Shown: positions 46,248 to 56,098, counted from the stretch's first letter. The stretch: DNA of 64,000 nucleotides from an uncultured Gammaproteobacteria bacterium (GCA_964641255.1 CAZXMM010000001.1:873890-937889); one strand, 5' to 3'. The notes: generated by a model from the letters alone, not told the origin. Program-made: numbers and translations.

Positions 46248-46688
46248 TTAACTCGCTAGCTGAGGTAGGTGTTCACCTCTCCAGTGATCAATATTCTCCT
46301 TAAGGAAAGTAGCAGGAGTCTCTTCCCGATTCTGCCAAAACTCTTTGTTCCACAAGCCATCCGGAAGACTTTGATATAAACCAAGTAACTTTTCCCCTTG
46401 GCCCTCGAACTCTTTATACACCTCTTCCCAAGTCTGGCTTTTCCTCTTGTCCACCCCCTGAGCATTAAATATATCTACATCAGGTTCCCAAATGGGCTCC
46501 TCTCCTCTTTTAAGTGCTTCCAAGCAATTAATATCATGTTCGATCCAGTGGTTAAGGTGGGCGAGAACGTCTTTAAGCGACCATTTATCAAAAAGTGTTT
46601 GCGTTCTTTGATCTGGAGGAAAGCAGGCAATCTTCTCGATGAGTTCTTGACGGACTTCCCCAAATTCTTTGATCTTGTCGGAAATCAT
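46248..46688 (-). CDS. DinB-like four-helix bundle (ClbS/DfsB-type) protein
   Basis: WSLKDVLAHL..W, FNAQ, H...HL. Confidence 0.8.
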   Translation of the reverse strand: MISDKIKEFGEVRQELIEKIACFPPDQRTQTLFDKWSLKDVLAHLNHWIEHDINCLEALKRGEEPIWEPDVDIFNAQGVDKRKSQTWEEVYKEFEGQGEKLLGLYQSLPDGLWNKEFWQNREETPATFLKENIDHWRGEHLPQLAS

Positions 46689-46717
46689 ACCGGATTATAT
46701 CCTTAACGGAAGTCAAC

Positions 46718-47314
46718 CTACTTGGTAAGAATAAATTTTATCATCTTGGACGGAAACAGCATTGCTGCTGCAATACTTACCACGTGTTCTACTGAGGGGA
46801 TCACAATATTGCTCGCTTTGTAAATTGCCACTGTAGTCGGTGGGACAACCTCGTCAAAAAAGGGTCTGATTGTCATAATTTTTTGTCTCTCGGTCATGGT
46901 TAATTTTGACTCTAGTTGCTCTGCCTTCAAAACTGATTCTTTGAACGAAGGACTACTTGACGTTGCTTGAGCAAAGGTAAACCATGGCCAATCTCCTGTT
47001 CTAATTCTTCCGCAGTTGATTATTACTCGATGGATTTTATTCTTCCTCTCTCCAAAAATATTTAGTGCCAAACTACTTCCAGCACTATTGCCTACTAACG
47101 AAACGTTCTGGCCAGCATCAGTTAGCCTGTCTACCAACTCAAGTGCTCTACATAGCTTTGGTTGTAATCCCCTTTCCTCAATTCCCCAGGCAGCATCAAA
47201 AACGTGTGGAGTCACTCCAAATTTTCTCCAGCCATGTGATACCCAAATGTGTTTCTCAACTTCGTTGCCCAATTCTGGAATAATCACAACGTGGTGTTTG
47301 GACGACACTGTCAT
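46718..47314 (-). CDS. Alpha/beta-hydrolase-fold protein
   Basis: SLVGNSAG, DEVVP, EH. Confidence 0.7.
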   Translation of the reverse strand: MTVSSKHHVVIIPELGNEVEKHIWVSHGWRKFGVTPHVFDAAWGIEERGLQPKLCRALELVDRLTDAGQNVSLVGNSAGSSLALNIFGERKNKIHRVIINCGRIRTGDWPWFTFAQATSSSPSFKESVLKAEQLESKLTMTERQKIMTIRPFFDEVVPPTTVAIYKASNIVIPSVEHVVSIAAAMLFPSKMIKFILTK

Positions 47315-47892
47315 TCAAATTCAATCCCCTCACTAGCTCGGATTTTAAAGTTACCACTGTCCCCCTCAATCAGGGCAAATCCCCCATCTTCCACTCTCTT
47401 AACACTAAGACCCATCATTTCTTTGAAAAAAGTTCTTAAGAAGAGTCCGTGAGTGACAGCTACTAGGGATTGGTGGTCCATTTTTAACAAGATCTGGACC
47501 GCTGTTTTCACCCGGTTATTCATGTCCTCCTCTCTCTCACTACCGTCCACATAGTCGTAGTTTTGGTGTTTTCTTACCTGTTCGGGATACTTGTCCTTAG
47601 CCTCACTCCTAACCATTCCCGTCAAAATCCCATTGAGGTTTCGCTCCTTTAGGTATTCACAAACTTCGACCGGAGTATTCAGTTTACTAGCGAGTATCTC
47701 TGCCGCCTGGATAGCTCTTTTAAGCGGTGAGGACAAAATAACTTCAAACTTTTCCTCTAGGGCGAGAATCTTTTGGGCACTGACCCGAAGCTGCTCCTTG
47801 CCCCTCTTTGTCATCTCAAAATCCGCCCAGCCCCCATAGCGATCTTCAAGATCGTCAACTGACTGCCCGTGCCTGACAAACAAAATCTTCAT
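47311..47892 (-). CDS. Histidine phosphatase family protein
   Basis: VRHGQS, SSPLKRA, VTHG. Confidence 0.92.
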   Translation of the reverse strand: MKILFVRHGQSVDDLEDRYGGWADFEMTKRGKEQLRVSAQKILALEEKFEVILSSPLKRAIQAAEILASKLNTPVEVCEYLKERNLNGILTGMVRSEAKDKYPEQVRKHQNYDYVDGSEREEDMNNRVKTAVQILLKMDHQSLVAVTHGLFLRTFFKEMMGLSVKRVEDGGFALIEGDSGNFKIRASEGIEFE

Positions 47893-47900
47893 ACTGGTAA

Positions 47901-48470
47901 TTATACAGAGAGCGTTAAAACTAACTTAACAAGAATAACAACGTTCCAGATCGCTAACGCCCCTAAAGCCAGATACTCGGCCAGCCACATTCTAAGTCTT
48001 TTAAGCGGAATGAGAACAAGAGTAGATAACATTACACAGGCTACAAAATTCGTAGCTACAGCCAAAAAGACATCAGTATTAAAAAGGGTTAGTCCGACAC
48101 CAAATAAAGAGAATATAGTCAGTAAACAACTAAGTCCTATCAGGAGTTTGTGCTTAAGGGTTGACGAACGAAAACAAAAAGCCACTGTTCCTAGCAGAAG
48201 TGACCCCAATCCCAGAATGTAGATAGAAATTGGTGGCACACAAATTATTGGGAGAGAAATTAGTAGGTAGACTACCTGTAAAAGCATGTAGAGATTTATC
48301 CAAATTAGAAAATTCCTTCTCGTAGAATCCAAGTCTCTCAGGGTGGAAATGGCGTCTGTTTTATAATTAAACTCCTTACAGCCAAGGATCCTAGAAAGAA
48401 TCGGTCCGAACAAAATTACCAGCGGAGAAAATGCCAGAGCGGACAATAGCAAGATCTGAACAGGCTCCAT
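47901..48470 (-). CDS. Hypothetical membrane protein
   Basis: Several hydrophobic helices. Confidence 0.6.
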   Translation of the reverse strand: MEPVQILLLSALAFSPLVILFGPILSRILGCKEFNYKTDAISTLRDLDSTRRNFLIWINLYMLLQVVYLLISLPIICVPPISIYILGLGSLLLGTVAFCFRSSTLKHKLLIGLSCLLTIFSLFGVGLTLFNTDVFLAVATNFVACVMLSTLVLIPLKRLRMWLAEYLALGALAIWNVVILVKLVLTLSV

Positions 48471-48540
48471 TTACTTATATTGCCATAAACCGAATGTTAA
48501 CTAAAGAAGGGAGATTACCCGAATATATGACAAATAAAAC

Positions 48541-48951
48541 TTACTTCCCCGACTCCCCTACCTTCCCCTTCACCTTATTTATATGGTCACCCGGTAGTGA
48601 GGGCCAGCGAACTGACACTACAGTAGCGTCCTCTTCCACCCGGTAGCGGTGGGGGAATTTAGCTCGAGTAATATAGTAGTCCCCAGGACCAAGTAAATAT
48701 TCACCCTGGGGGAAAATCACCCGAAATTTCCCCACCAGTACCAAACTCAGCGTTGTTGCCGTTTGACAAATTGACCAGTCGTACCGCTCTTCTCCCGTGG
48801 TGTGCTTAAAATATTTGACCTCCAAGTCGCGCGATTGCCTTAAAGACCCCTTTGGCTTACAAAAATGGCCAACAAACCACCCCCGCGTATCCTGCCCATC
48901 AGTGGTAGCATTGCCAATATAAAAGTTTCGGTCTTGTGCCTGACTCCCCAT
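48541..48951 (-). CDS. Cupin-like protein
   Basis: RGWFVGHF, TLSLVLVGKF, PGDY, PHRY, SVRWPS. Confidence 0.7.
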   Translation of the reverse strand: MGSQAQDRNFYIGNATTDGQDTRGWFVGHFCKPKGSLRQSRDLEVKYFKHTTGEERYDWSICQTATTLSLVLVGKFRVIFPQGEYLLGPGDYYITRAKFPHRYRVEEDATVVSVRWPSLPGDHINKVKGKVGESGK

Positions 48952-48980
48952 ATTTATATTCTACTTCTGAAGTTCCCCTC

Positions 48981-49017
48981 TTGACAAATATTGGCACTCG
49001 TGATATAAGAGTGCCAA
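48981..49017 (+). promoter_or_regulatory. Sigma70 promoter overlapped by CIRCE (HrcA operator)
   Basis: TTGACA(48981)-17-TATAAG; TTGGCACTC-N9-GAGTGCCAA at 48991-49017 matches CIRCE TTAGCACTC-N9-GAGTGCTAA with compensatory changes. Confidence 0.9.
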
Positions 49018-49033
49018 AAGGAGGTGAGAACTA

Positions 49034-49435
49034 ATGCCCATTATTAGATACGATCCCCTAAGTCAAGTGGGTTCGCTACTACGCTGGCCTAGCCTACTCG
49101 ATGAAGATTTTGGCAATTCCAGCCAGTCGCTGGATGTTTACGAAACTGATAAGAGTATTACGGTGGCAGCCAACGTAGCCGGGGTGGAACCGAGTAAGGT
49201 CAAGGTAACTTTTCATAAAGGCATATTAACAATCACCGGCGAGGTCGCTAGTGAGGAAAAGGACAAAAAATATTATCAAAAGTCTTACCACAACTATTAT
49301 TACAAAGTGGCAGTGCCGGGGGAAATTAACCTTAATGCCGAACCCAAAGCTAAGTTCAAAAATGGCCTGGTGGAAATAGTGTTTGACAAAGTTCCCGAAG
49401 AACAACCCAAAGAAATTGTCGTTAAAGCCGGATAA
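49034..49435 (+). CDS. Hsp20/alpha-crystallin small heat shock protein
   Basis: LDVYETD, VAGVE, GILTITGE, AKFKNGLVEI; GGAGGTG SD; CIRCE upstream. Confidence 0.93.
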   Translation: MPIIRYDPLSQVGSLLRWPSLLDEDFGNSSQSLDVYETDKSITVAANVAGVEPSKVKVTFHKGILTITGEVASEEKDKKYYQKSYHNYYYKVAVPGEINLNAEPKAKFKNGLVEIVFDKVPEEQPKEIVVKAG

Positions 49436-49446
49436 ACAAAGTAACC

Positions 49447-49482
49447 AAAAAACCTAGCTGGCTTACCACCGCTAGGTTTTTT
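49447..49482. terminator. Bidirectional intrinsic terminator
   Basis: AAAAAACCTAGC-loop-GCTAGGTTTTTT. Confidence 0.8.
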
Positions 49483-49511
49483 ACTACTTGATTTTTCACC
49501 CCCTGAGGCGG

Positions 49512-49901
49512 ATGATCTCTGCTGCTGTGGCCAAATATTTCTTCGACACAAGGCAGCGAGTGGTATGTTTTGTTGAAACTAAAGCGCCGGTACCATGTAA
49601 CCTTACCAAGACCGAAACACAAGTCGTCGAACTTTTAGTTAATGGTGGCAACAATATCCCCCGACTAGCCGCCGCTTTAGAAGTTTCAGATCATGTTGTA
49701 ATCCAGCACCTTCGCAATGCTCGCCGAAGACTGGGTATCGAACCATCAGCGAGGCAACCACGGATAAAAGGGCAGGGACGAGGAACGGGATTCTTTGTTG
49801 GTAAACAAATTACTGACGCTTTTGAGGCGACCCCCTTTCCTCCCTGCCGATTTCAAGACACCTGTCTGCTGGCAAAAAACTGTCGCCTGAAGGTAACCTA
49901 A
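49512..49901 (+). CDS. Small protein with LuxR-like HTH
   Basis: LTKTETQVVELLVNG....LAAALEVS..VV.QHLRNARRRLG. Confidence 0.6.
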   Translation: MISAAVAKYFFDTRQRVVCFVETKAPVPCNLTKTETQVVELLVNGGNNIPRLAAALEVSDHVVIQHLRNARRRLGIEPSARQPRIKGQGRGTGFFVGKQITDAFEATPFPPCRFQDTCLLAKNCRLKVT

Positions 49902-49936
49902 TTGCTCTTTCACCTAATCTATCCTATAATACAGCG

Positions 49937-50896
49937 ATGGCTAACCACGGCTTTACTATTCCTCTAGTTCTTGGCACAGTTTTTGTCGTCTTAATGACTA
50001 CCGCTGTAGTGACTGCTTTTGGGCTTCCTAAAAGTACGCCTTCTAATACTGAGACCACCAAACTCAGTCTTCCTGGGCCCACTGAGCCAATCATTGTTGA
50101 AGCCAAACGAGAGGAAGCGCCAGTGGCCAAGAATGATCAAACTCAAACTGTAGTTTTACCACCAAGTGTGGAAATAAAACCAGAGCCTGCTCCAGTGGTC
50201 CCCAAACCTAATGTAGCCACCGCCAAAGTCAGCATCACCATTTTTGATATTGACGGATGGAAGTCAATCACCAGCGACGATTTTCATTTTAATGTTTTTA
50301 GTAATAGCCCGAAAGTGCGCTTTGAAACCAAAGGGGTCACTACTTGGCAGGTAGACAATCTCAGTCCGGGACGCTATAGCGCTGAAGTCTATTTCCCCAC
50401 TGCCTCCTGGCAGGCCCGGACTTATTCCTGCGAGAACTGCACCAACCAGAGTTTTACGAGTGGAACCAACCATAGTAGCTATGATTTTGACCTCCTTGAT
50501 GGCAGCCATCCCCATCTGAAGTTCGGCTACGCCCGGGGTAGTGGCTCGGGACTAAGTCAGGATAACAATTCTGGGACTAATAACCAGAGGGACACTACAC
50601 CCCCGATCACTAATATCTATTACCCCCAAAATGGTGGCACCATCACCTACAAACTAGATGGTAAAGTCTGTGCTATTCAAACTGCTCCTACCGATGACAG
50701 TGGCCACAATAATGTGGAGATTAGTTTTCAATTTGATAGTGGCTCCTGGTCAGAGTGGAAAGCAAATCAGGGTTACCTTTGCGCCGAAACTCTGCCTAAT
50801 GGCCCCCACACCATGCAGTATCACTCCCGAGACAAAGCAGGTAATGTAGAAGCCACTAGGACTCTCAGCTTCAGTGTCAATATCCCAGGAAACTAA
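49937..50896 (+). CDS. Membrane-anchored secreted protein with Ig-like C-terminus
   Basis: N-terminal TM, Pro-rich linker, DTTPP...GPHT...SRDKAGNVE. Confidence 0.7.
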   Translation: MANHGFTIPLVLGTVFVVLMTTAVVTAFGLPKSTPSNTETTKLSLPGPTEPIIVEAKREEAPVAKNDQTQTVVLPPSVEIKPEPAPVVPKPNVATAKVSITIFDIDGWKSITSDDFHFNVFSNSPKVRFETKGVTTWQVDNLSPGRYSAEVYFPTASWQARTYSCENCTNQSFTSGTNHSSYDFDLLDGSHPHLKFGYARGSGSGLSQDNNSGTNNQRDTTPPITNIYYPQNGGTITYKLDGKVCAIQTAPTDDSGHNNVEISFQFDSGSWSEWKANQGYLCAETLPNGPHTMQYHSRDKAGNVEATRTLSFSVNIPGN

Positions 50897-50925
50897 TGGG
50901 GGGGCCGCGTGATAGACTTTAAGCT

Positions 50926-52335
50926 ATGAACTGGTCACGCGTTGCTCTACTTCTAATTTTTAGCCTGGCTGCCCTACTGAGATTTTACCAAGTTGACCAC
51001 CTAACTATCTTTGACGCCGACCAAGAATTTGCCGCCACCTTTGCCAGCGAAGTTCTAACTGTTTATCCACTTAGGCTTATTGGCCAGGGATTATCAGTCC
51101 AAGGCTTGTTCCTGGGTCCCTGGTACTTCTATTTTCTGGTCCCCTTTTACTATTTTAGCCACCTGCACCCGACTGGCGGAGTTGTGGGATCAGTCGCTCT
51201 CGGGTTAATCACCATCGGTTGTTACTACCTAGTGATCAGGCGGGTGTTTGGCCCAAAAATGGCCTTAGTAGTCGCTCTGTTTCGCACATTACTTTACGCC
51301 TTCGTTGAGGCCGACATTTTGGTCACCCCGGCTTTTTCGGCAGATATTGCCGTCCTTCTGACCTGGTATTTTATGTACCAGTTTTTTTACAGCAGTCAGT
51401 GGTATCTACTGCCTCTCGGGCTGGTGTTTGGTTTGTACTCCAGTATCCACCCGATTCTCTTTCCCTTGACTCTGGTCTTTGTCGCCCTAATGATTTGGCG
51501 GCGGCACTTCCCCAACTGGAAAACTGCTGGTGCGGCTACAGTTCTCTTTATAATCCCCAACCTCCCACTACTTCTTTTTGAATACTACCGCAGATTCCTG
51601 GATCTAAAGAATTTAGTAACACTGGGTAGTAGTGGCAATGGAGAGGTGAAAGACTGGCAGACCTTACTAGATTATCTCTTGTTAGCCCTCACTCATCCGG
51701 CCCGACTAGCCACTGGGCCACTACCCCTACCATTACCATTACTCCTTGGCCTTGGCCTACTTTTCCTGGCTCTAACCATCATTAATCTCAAAAAAACTTT
51801 TAAGAGAAGGGGAGGTTTTCATCGACAACTGTTAACTAGCACCACTGTAATTACTCTTGGTTACTACTTTTTACTACCAATCCACGCCCCCGACTATTAC
51901 TTCTTAGCCGTTAAGACCCTGGTCTTTCTTTACGTCACTTTGGCTTTGGGCCAACTAATTCTAATCGGAAAAAAGCCTTTATTTATCTGTCTCTTTTCCC
52001 TTATCTGGATAGCTAATATGTTCAGCTATACTGTCGCGCACCAACGCCTCGGCCTCTCCCTAGCCGATAAAGACAGAGCGTTTAAATACCTGGCGGCCCA
52101 AGCAGTTAACAATAGAATCACAATTAGCTACGATGTTGACTACGGCCAGCACTATGGCCTCGGATACCTCACTCGCTACTACCAGCTAGATAAATTACCC
52201 GACTTAGCACTACCTCAAGCTACCTATACCATAGTTATCCCCAGCTCCAGACGCAAGGAGCCACAAATCCGCTTTGGTAACTTAGGAATTATCTCTGTAG
52301 TGGGTAATCACGGCTTGCCTTTACAGGCTAAATAG
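50926..52335 (+). CDS. GT-C (ArnT/GT39-like) glycosyltransferase
   Basis: LLRFY, FDADQE, LIGQ, GPWYFY; many TM helices. Confidence 0.8.
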   Translation: MNWSRVALLLIFSLAALLRFYQVDHLTIFDADQEFAATFASEVLTVYPLRLIGQGLSVQGLFLGPWYFYFLVPFYYFSHLHPTGGVVGSVALGLITIGCYYLVIRRVFGPKMALVVALFRTLLYAFVEADILVTPAFSADIAVLLTWYFMYQFFYSSQWYLLPLGLVFGLYSSIHPILFPLTLVFVALMIWRRHFPNWKTAGAATVLFIIPNLPLLLFEYYRRFLDLKNLVTLGSSGNGEVKDWQTLLDYLLLALTHPARLATGPLPLPLPLLLGLGLLFLALTIINLKKTFKRRGGFHRQLLTSTTVITLGYYFLLPIHAPDYYFLAVKTLVFLYVTLALGQLILIGKKPLFICLFSLIWIANMFSYTVAHQRLGLSLADKDRAFKYLAAQAVNNRITISYDVDYGQHYGLGYLTRYYQLDKLPDLALPQATYTIVIPSSRRKEPQIRFGNLGIISVVGNHGLPLQAK

Positions 52336-52348
52336 TTACAATAGGGAT

Positions 52349-53062
52349 ATGGCTAGGAAAAAAACCACTCTACCTTCTGACGAAATGAGTCTCAAATATG
52401 GAATGATTGGGGCAGCCATGATTGGCATTTTTTTAGTAATCGCCTTTATTGTCGGCCGACAAACTAACACCCCGACTACCAAACCAGTCCCCAGTAGCGA
52501 GGTGGCGATCACAAAAAAGGAAGTAACACTGACCAAGATCGACACTAAGGAGCCACCCAAAGTAGCAGCTCAGCAAGGCTGGAAACGCTATACTGCGCGC
52601 GACCCCCAGTACGGCTTTGAAACTACCCTTAATCTTCCCCCCGACTTTAGTTTTCAGTTTTCTGGCTCGGAATTTACCATTCAAAGCGGTTCTCCCACCA
52701 CTGAACAGTGGATTTATCAAAGCTCCATTTTTAATGGTAAAGACGGAGTTAAAAATTACTATACCGGCCAATCACGGCGAGTCTGGTACCAAAGTTATCT
52801 TAGCCGGCAGTATAGTGCCCCAGATAACTACCTCTTTGAGCCAGACCAAATACTTTCCGTGGAAGAGTTTTCCTTAAATAAGGGTACCTATCTCGGAGTA
52901 AAAGTAAATACCGCCGCTGGTATCCAAACTCATTACCTGTTTGTGCAGAATATGATTGTGCATATCTTTGCTCCTGCCTCAGACAAAGCTAGTAGTCCCG
53001 AAGCCAAACTCCCCACTCTCCTCCCCCAAGTCCTAGAGTCCCTCAGTTCCAAAGAAATCTGA
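52349..53062 (+). CDS. Membrane-anchored hypothetical protein
   Basis: Single TM, GWKRY, C-terminal QVLESL. Confidence 0.7.
   Translation: MARKKTTLPSDEMSLKYGMIGAAMIGIFLVIAFIVGRQTNTPTTKPVPSSEVAITKKEVTLTKIDTKEPPKVAAQQGWKRYTARDPQYGFETTLNLPPDFSFQFSGSEFTIQSGSPTTEQWIYQSSIFNGKDGVKNYYTGQSRRVWYQSYLSRQYSAPDNYLFEPDQILSVEEFSLNKGTYLGVKVNTAAGIQTHYLFVQNMIVHIFAPASDKASSPEAKLPTLLPQVLESLSSKEI
53003..53062 (+). repeat. 60-bp direct repeat copy 1 (3' end of upstream gene)
   Basis: 54/60 identical to 54577-54636; first 40 nt identical. Confidence 0.9.
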
Positions 53063-53065
53063 CTC

Positions 53066-54133
53066 CTACCGACGCCCAGAAGATTGGCCAGACCCAAGGA
53101 GTAACCAAAATTGTGCCAGGGTGACCACACTAAGTGGGTTAAAAGTGAGAACCGTCATTAAGCCTAAAAGCAGACTAAAAGTCAAACTATCCTTGTTTTT
53201 AACAGCCCGGGTTACTGCCTGGATGCAAAGTAACACTAGTAAACCTAGTCCAATTGCCCCACCCTGCAACCAGTAATCCAAAAATAAGTTATGACTACTA
53301 TCTACTACTTCATAACTGAGCGGACTTTGTTGTTGACGAGCCTCATCGTGAATAACTGGCAATCCTCGGCCAAATCCGTAACCAATAAGTGGAGCCTTCC
53401 AACCAGCCTGCCAGGCAAGCTGCCAGATTCCCTGTCTGCTTTCCCAAGTAGACTCCTGTTCCAGAAATGGGAGGGAAAAAGAAAGCAAATATAAAAAAAG
53501 ACAGACTGTAGCGACCCGGGAGATCCGCCAACGTAATTTTAGAAGAATTAACACTAAGAGCTGAAGAGTTAGTGCTACTAACGCCGACCAAGAAGCCGTG
53601 AAGAAAATGATCCCTCCACAAAGCCCCAAACCCGCCAACTGGACAATCCTATTTTGCTTGTAAAAAACTAGTGGCCAAAGAAAAATCGCCACAGCTGCTA
53701 GGGCATTGGGTTCGCCCAACAAGCCAGTAGCTCTGCCGGCCTGATTAAAGGGAAAGACAAATATTGATCCAAATAGAGTTGCCAGACTAGCTAAAATCCA
53801 GATTTTGGGTAACGACTGAAGCGAATAGCCCCGAAAAATTATAAAAAGGGCCAACAAATGCCAAAGAAAAAATACACCCTGTAGCCGTAGAGGGTAACCA
53901 AAAATTTGCCTACTCTCTGGAATAAGTACTAGTTGGATCATGGTAAGACCAATAAGTCCTAACACTGACAGCGGAGGCCAACTCCAGCGCTTGATAGTTA
54001 GCAGGTACAATACTGAGGCGAGGATAATAGCGATCTGGAACACAATCACACGAAAAATTTCGGAGAAAAAAACCAGAGGTAAGGCTAGAACAACAAAGGC
54101 AAATAGAGCCTTAGAGACCACCTCAAGAAGCAT
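53066..54133 (-). CDS. O-antigen ligase-family protein
   Basis: GLLGEPNALA, R..IW, GYGFG, SSHNLFLD. Confidence 0.85.
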   Translation of the reverse strand: MLLEVVSKALFAFVVLALPLVFFSEIFRVIVFQIAIILASVLYLLTIKRWSWPPLSVLGLIGLTMIQLVLIPESRQIFGYPLRLQGVFFLWHLLALFIIFRGYSLQSLPKIWILASLATLFGSIFVFPFNQAGRATGLLGEPNALAAVAIFLWPLVFYKQNRIVQLAGLGLCGGIIFFTASWSALVALTLQLLVLILLKLRWRISRVATVCLFLYLLSFSLPFLEQESTWESRQGIWQLAWQAGWKAPLIGYGFGRGLPVIHDEARQQQSPLSYEVVDSSHNLFLDYWLQGGAIGLGLLVLLCIQAVTRAVKNKDSLTFSLLLGLMTVLTFNPLSVVTLAQFWLLLGSGQSSGRR

Positions 54134-54534
54134 TATTTTTTACCAGTAAAATCAATTCCGTAATTGTACGAATTGGCAGGAAGTACGTATTCCTTGGGTT
54201 TAAAGTCAGTGCCCCTCTCATCGCGAGCAAAGATGAAATACTTACCCCCATAAGGAACAGTATGGCTATAGCCGCCTGTCTTATCTGTCTTTACCCGATA
54301 TTTGTGCCCAGTCTTTTTACTTTCAGCCACGATGGTGACGTTATTAGCCGGCACTTTTTTCCCATTTGCCAATTTATAAAAGACTTGTCCACTTATATAC
54401 TGATATTCATATGGACTGGTCAGTGGAGCCAGTGCGGTTTGAGCGTGAACCTGAATAAATCTGAACTGGCTACCAAGACCAGTAAGAAACAGGGCGGCAA
54501 TGGCGAAAGCGATAATTACACGAGTAATCTTCAT
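54133..54534 (-). CDS. Secreted carboxypeptidase-regulatory-like domain protein
   Basis: Signal peptide; ISGQV, NVTI, TDKTGGYS. Confidence 0.65.
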   Translation of the reverse strand: MKITRVIIAFAIAALFLTGLGSQFRFIQVHAQTALAPLTSPYEYQYISGQVFYKLANGKKVPANNVTIVAESKKTGHKYRVKTDKTGGYSHTVPYGGKYFIFARDERGTDFKPKEYVLPANSYNYGIDFTGKK

Positions 54535-54576
54535 ATAGCAATCGCTGTCATAAAGCTTTTTTTGCTACTGTCAAGG

Positions 54577-54636
54577 GCCAAACTCCCCACTCTCCTCCCC
54601 CAAGTCCTAGAGTCCCCCAGCTCCAAGGCAATCTAG
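54577..54636 (+). repeat. 60-bp direct repeat copy 2
   Basis: Matches 53003-53062. Confidence 0.9.
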
Positions 54637-54725
54637 TTTCCCCTCAGCAATCAAAGGGAGTCTATACTTGACACCGCTATCTAAAATGTAATAAATTGGT
54701 CTTAGATATAAAGCTATCTAAATAT

Positions 54726-54902
54726 ATGTCAGCTGATAAAATGGGCGATCACAGAACGGAAAACGTGACTCAGGAAGAGAGAACTAAATCGGACAGAGAC
54801 AATAAGGCAGCAGCAGAGGACTGGAAAAAAGGAATGACTCGCGAACAGTTAGAACGAGTCGAGCAAAAAACACGAGAAATTGAGGAAAAAACTAAGCATT
54901 AG
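54726..54902 (+). CDS. Small charged hypothetical protein
   Basis: 58-aa ORF preceded by TTGACA..TAATAA-like promoter. Confidence 0.4.
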   Translation: MSADKMGDHRTENVTQEERTKSDRDNKAAAEDWKKGMTREQLERVEQKTREIEEKTKH

Positions 54903-54922
54903 TACGGAATCGGTTTATAACT

Positions 54923-55492
54923 ATGTTCACTCTCCCACCACTACCCTACGACTATTCCGCATTAGAGCCGTGGATTGACACTGAGACCATGAAGATCCAC
55001 CATGATAAGCACCACCAGGCCTATGTGGACAACCTCAATAAACTCTTGGCCCCCTATCCTGAGCTATTAGACGGCGATTTAGATATCCTCACTAACTTAG
55101 ATAAGATCCCGGAGGAAATCCGTCAAAAAGTCCGCAACAACATTGGTGGCCACGTCAATCACACCCTATTTTGGACTTTCATGGCTCCCCCCACTAATCA
55201 AAAGATGTTAGCCGATTTTGCTCCCTTGCAAGAAGAGTTTAGTGCCAAGGCCCTTAATCGTTTTGGCTCGGGCTGGGCGTGGCTGATTAAAGACGGTGAC
55301 AACCTAAAAGTAGTAGATACCCCCAATCAGGACAACCCGATGATGGATAATCCGAAGGTTAAAATCCTTTTAGGACTGGACGTGTGGGAACACGCCTACT
55401 ATTTAAAGTACCAAAATCGCCGCAAGGACTACATTGAAGCCTGGTTTAATGTCGTCAACTGGGCTGCCGTAACCAAGCGACTAGCTACCTAG
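54923..55492 (+). CDS. sodA: Fe/Mn superoxide dismutase
   Basis: HHDKHH, GGHVNH, FGSGWAWL, DVWEHAYY. Confidence 0.96.
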   Translation: MFTLPPLPYDYSALEPWIDTETMKIHHDKHHQAYVDNLNKLLAPYPELLDGDLDILTNLDKIPEEIRQKVRNNIGGHVNHTLFWTFMAPPTNQKMLADFAPLQEEFSAKALNRFGSGWAWLIKDGDNLKVVDTPNQDNPMMDNPKVKILLGLDVWEHAYYLKYQNRRKDYIEAWFNVVNWAAVTKRLAT

Positions 55493-56098
55493 TTTTGCCA
55501 AAATAGCTTCAATAGTCTGGTCAAGTTGTCCGTCCTCGTTATAGATAGCCAGTTTGGTAAACGCCTCTCTATTAGCTTCGAAATCTAGGCGTTCGGCCTG
55601 CAGTCTAGTCAGACTACCAGTGGCATTGGTTTGGTCTCTCCCCACAATTCGCTTTTCTAACTCTTTCCAATCGGCTACCGTAATATAAAAAACTGCGGTC
55701 CTGGCTAAGAGGCTGGCAGCCTCTTTTGAGTCTACACCATAATTTTTCCTGAAAGTGTCGGCAAGATTAAGAGCCGCCAGAGGATCAATGCGCCAGAGAA
55801 TATTGGTGGGACTAGTAAAAATCCTGGCTAGCTCGGCTTTACTCGTGCCATAATGGTTGCCATTAGTCCAAGAGTTGGTATTGGTTTCAGCAAACTGCCC
55901 CGCTTCTTCCAGGGCTACAAACTGATCTCCTGAGACAAAGTGATAATCCCGACCGTCTTGTTCTCCCTCTCGGGGCAGCCGAGAAGTATGAGTAATTATC
56001 CGGGGCCAACCATACAGCTCAGCTAGTTTATTAGCCACCGTGTCTTTGCCTGCCGCCACTGGGCCCGTTATCACGACTAGTTTTTTCTGTTTCCCCAT
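55481..56098 (-). CDS. gmk: Guanylate kinase
   Basis: TGPVAAGKDT, THTSR.PREGE.DGRDYHFVS, YGT; start taken at MGKQKK. Confidence 0.85.
   Translation of the reverse strand: MGKQKKLVVITGPVAAGKDTVANKLAELYGWPRIITHTSRLPREGEQDGRDYHFVSGDQFVALEEAGQFAETNTNSWTNGNHYGTSKAELARIFTSPTNILWRIDPLAALNLADTFRKNYGVDSKEAASLLARTAVFYITVADWKELEKRIVGRDQTNATGSLTRLQAERLDFEANREAFTKLAIYNEDGQLDQTIEAILAKLGS

Noticed and set aside
54262-54636. 124-aa plus-strand ORF ending AKLPTLLPQVLESPSSKAI
   Set aside because: It is antisense to a real gene, and the similar tail is explained by the 60-bp direct repeat.
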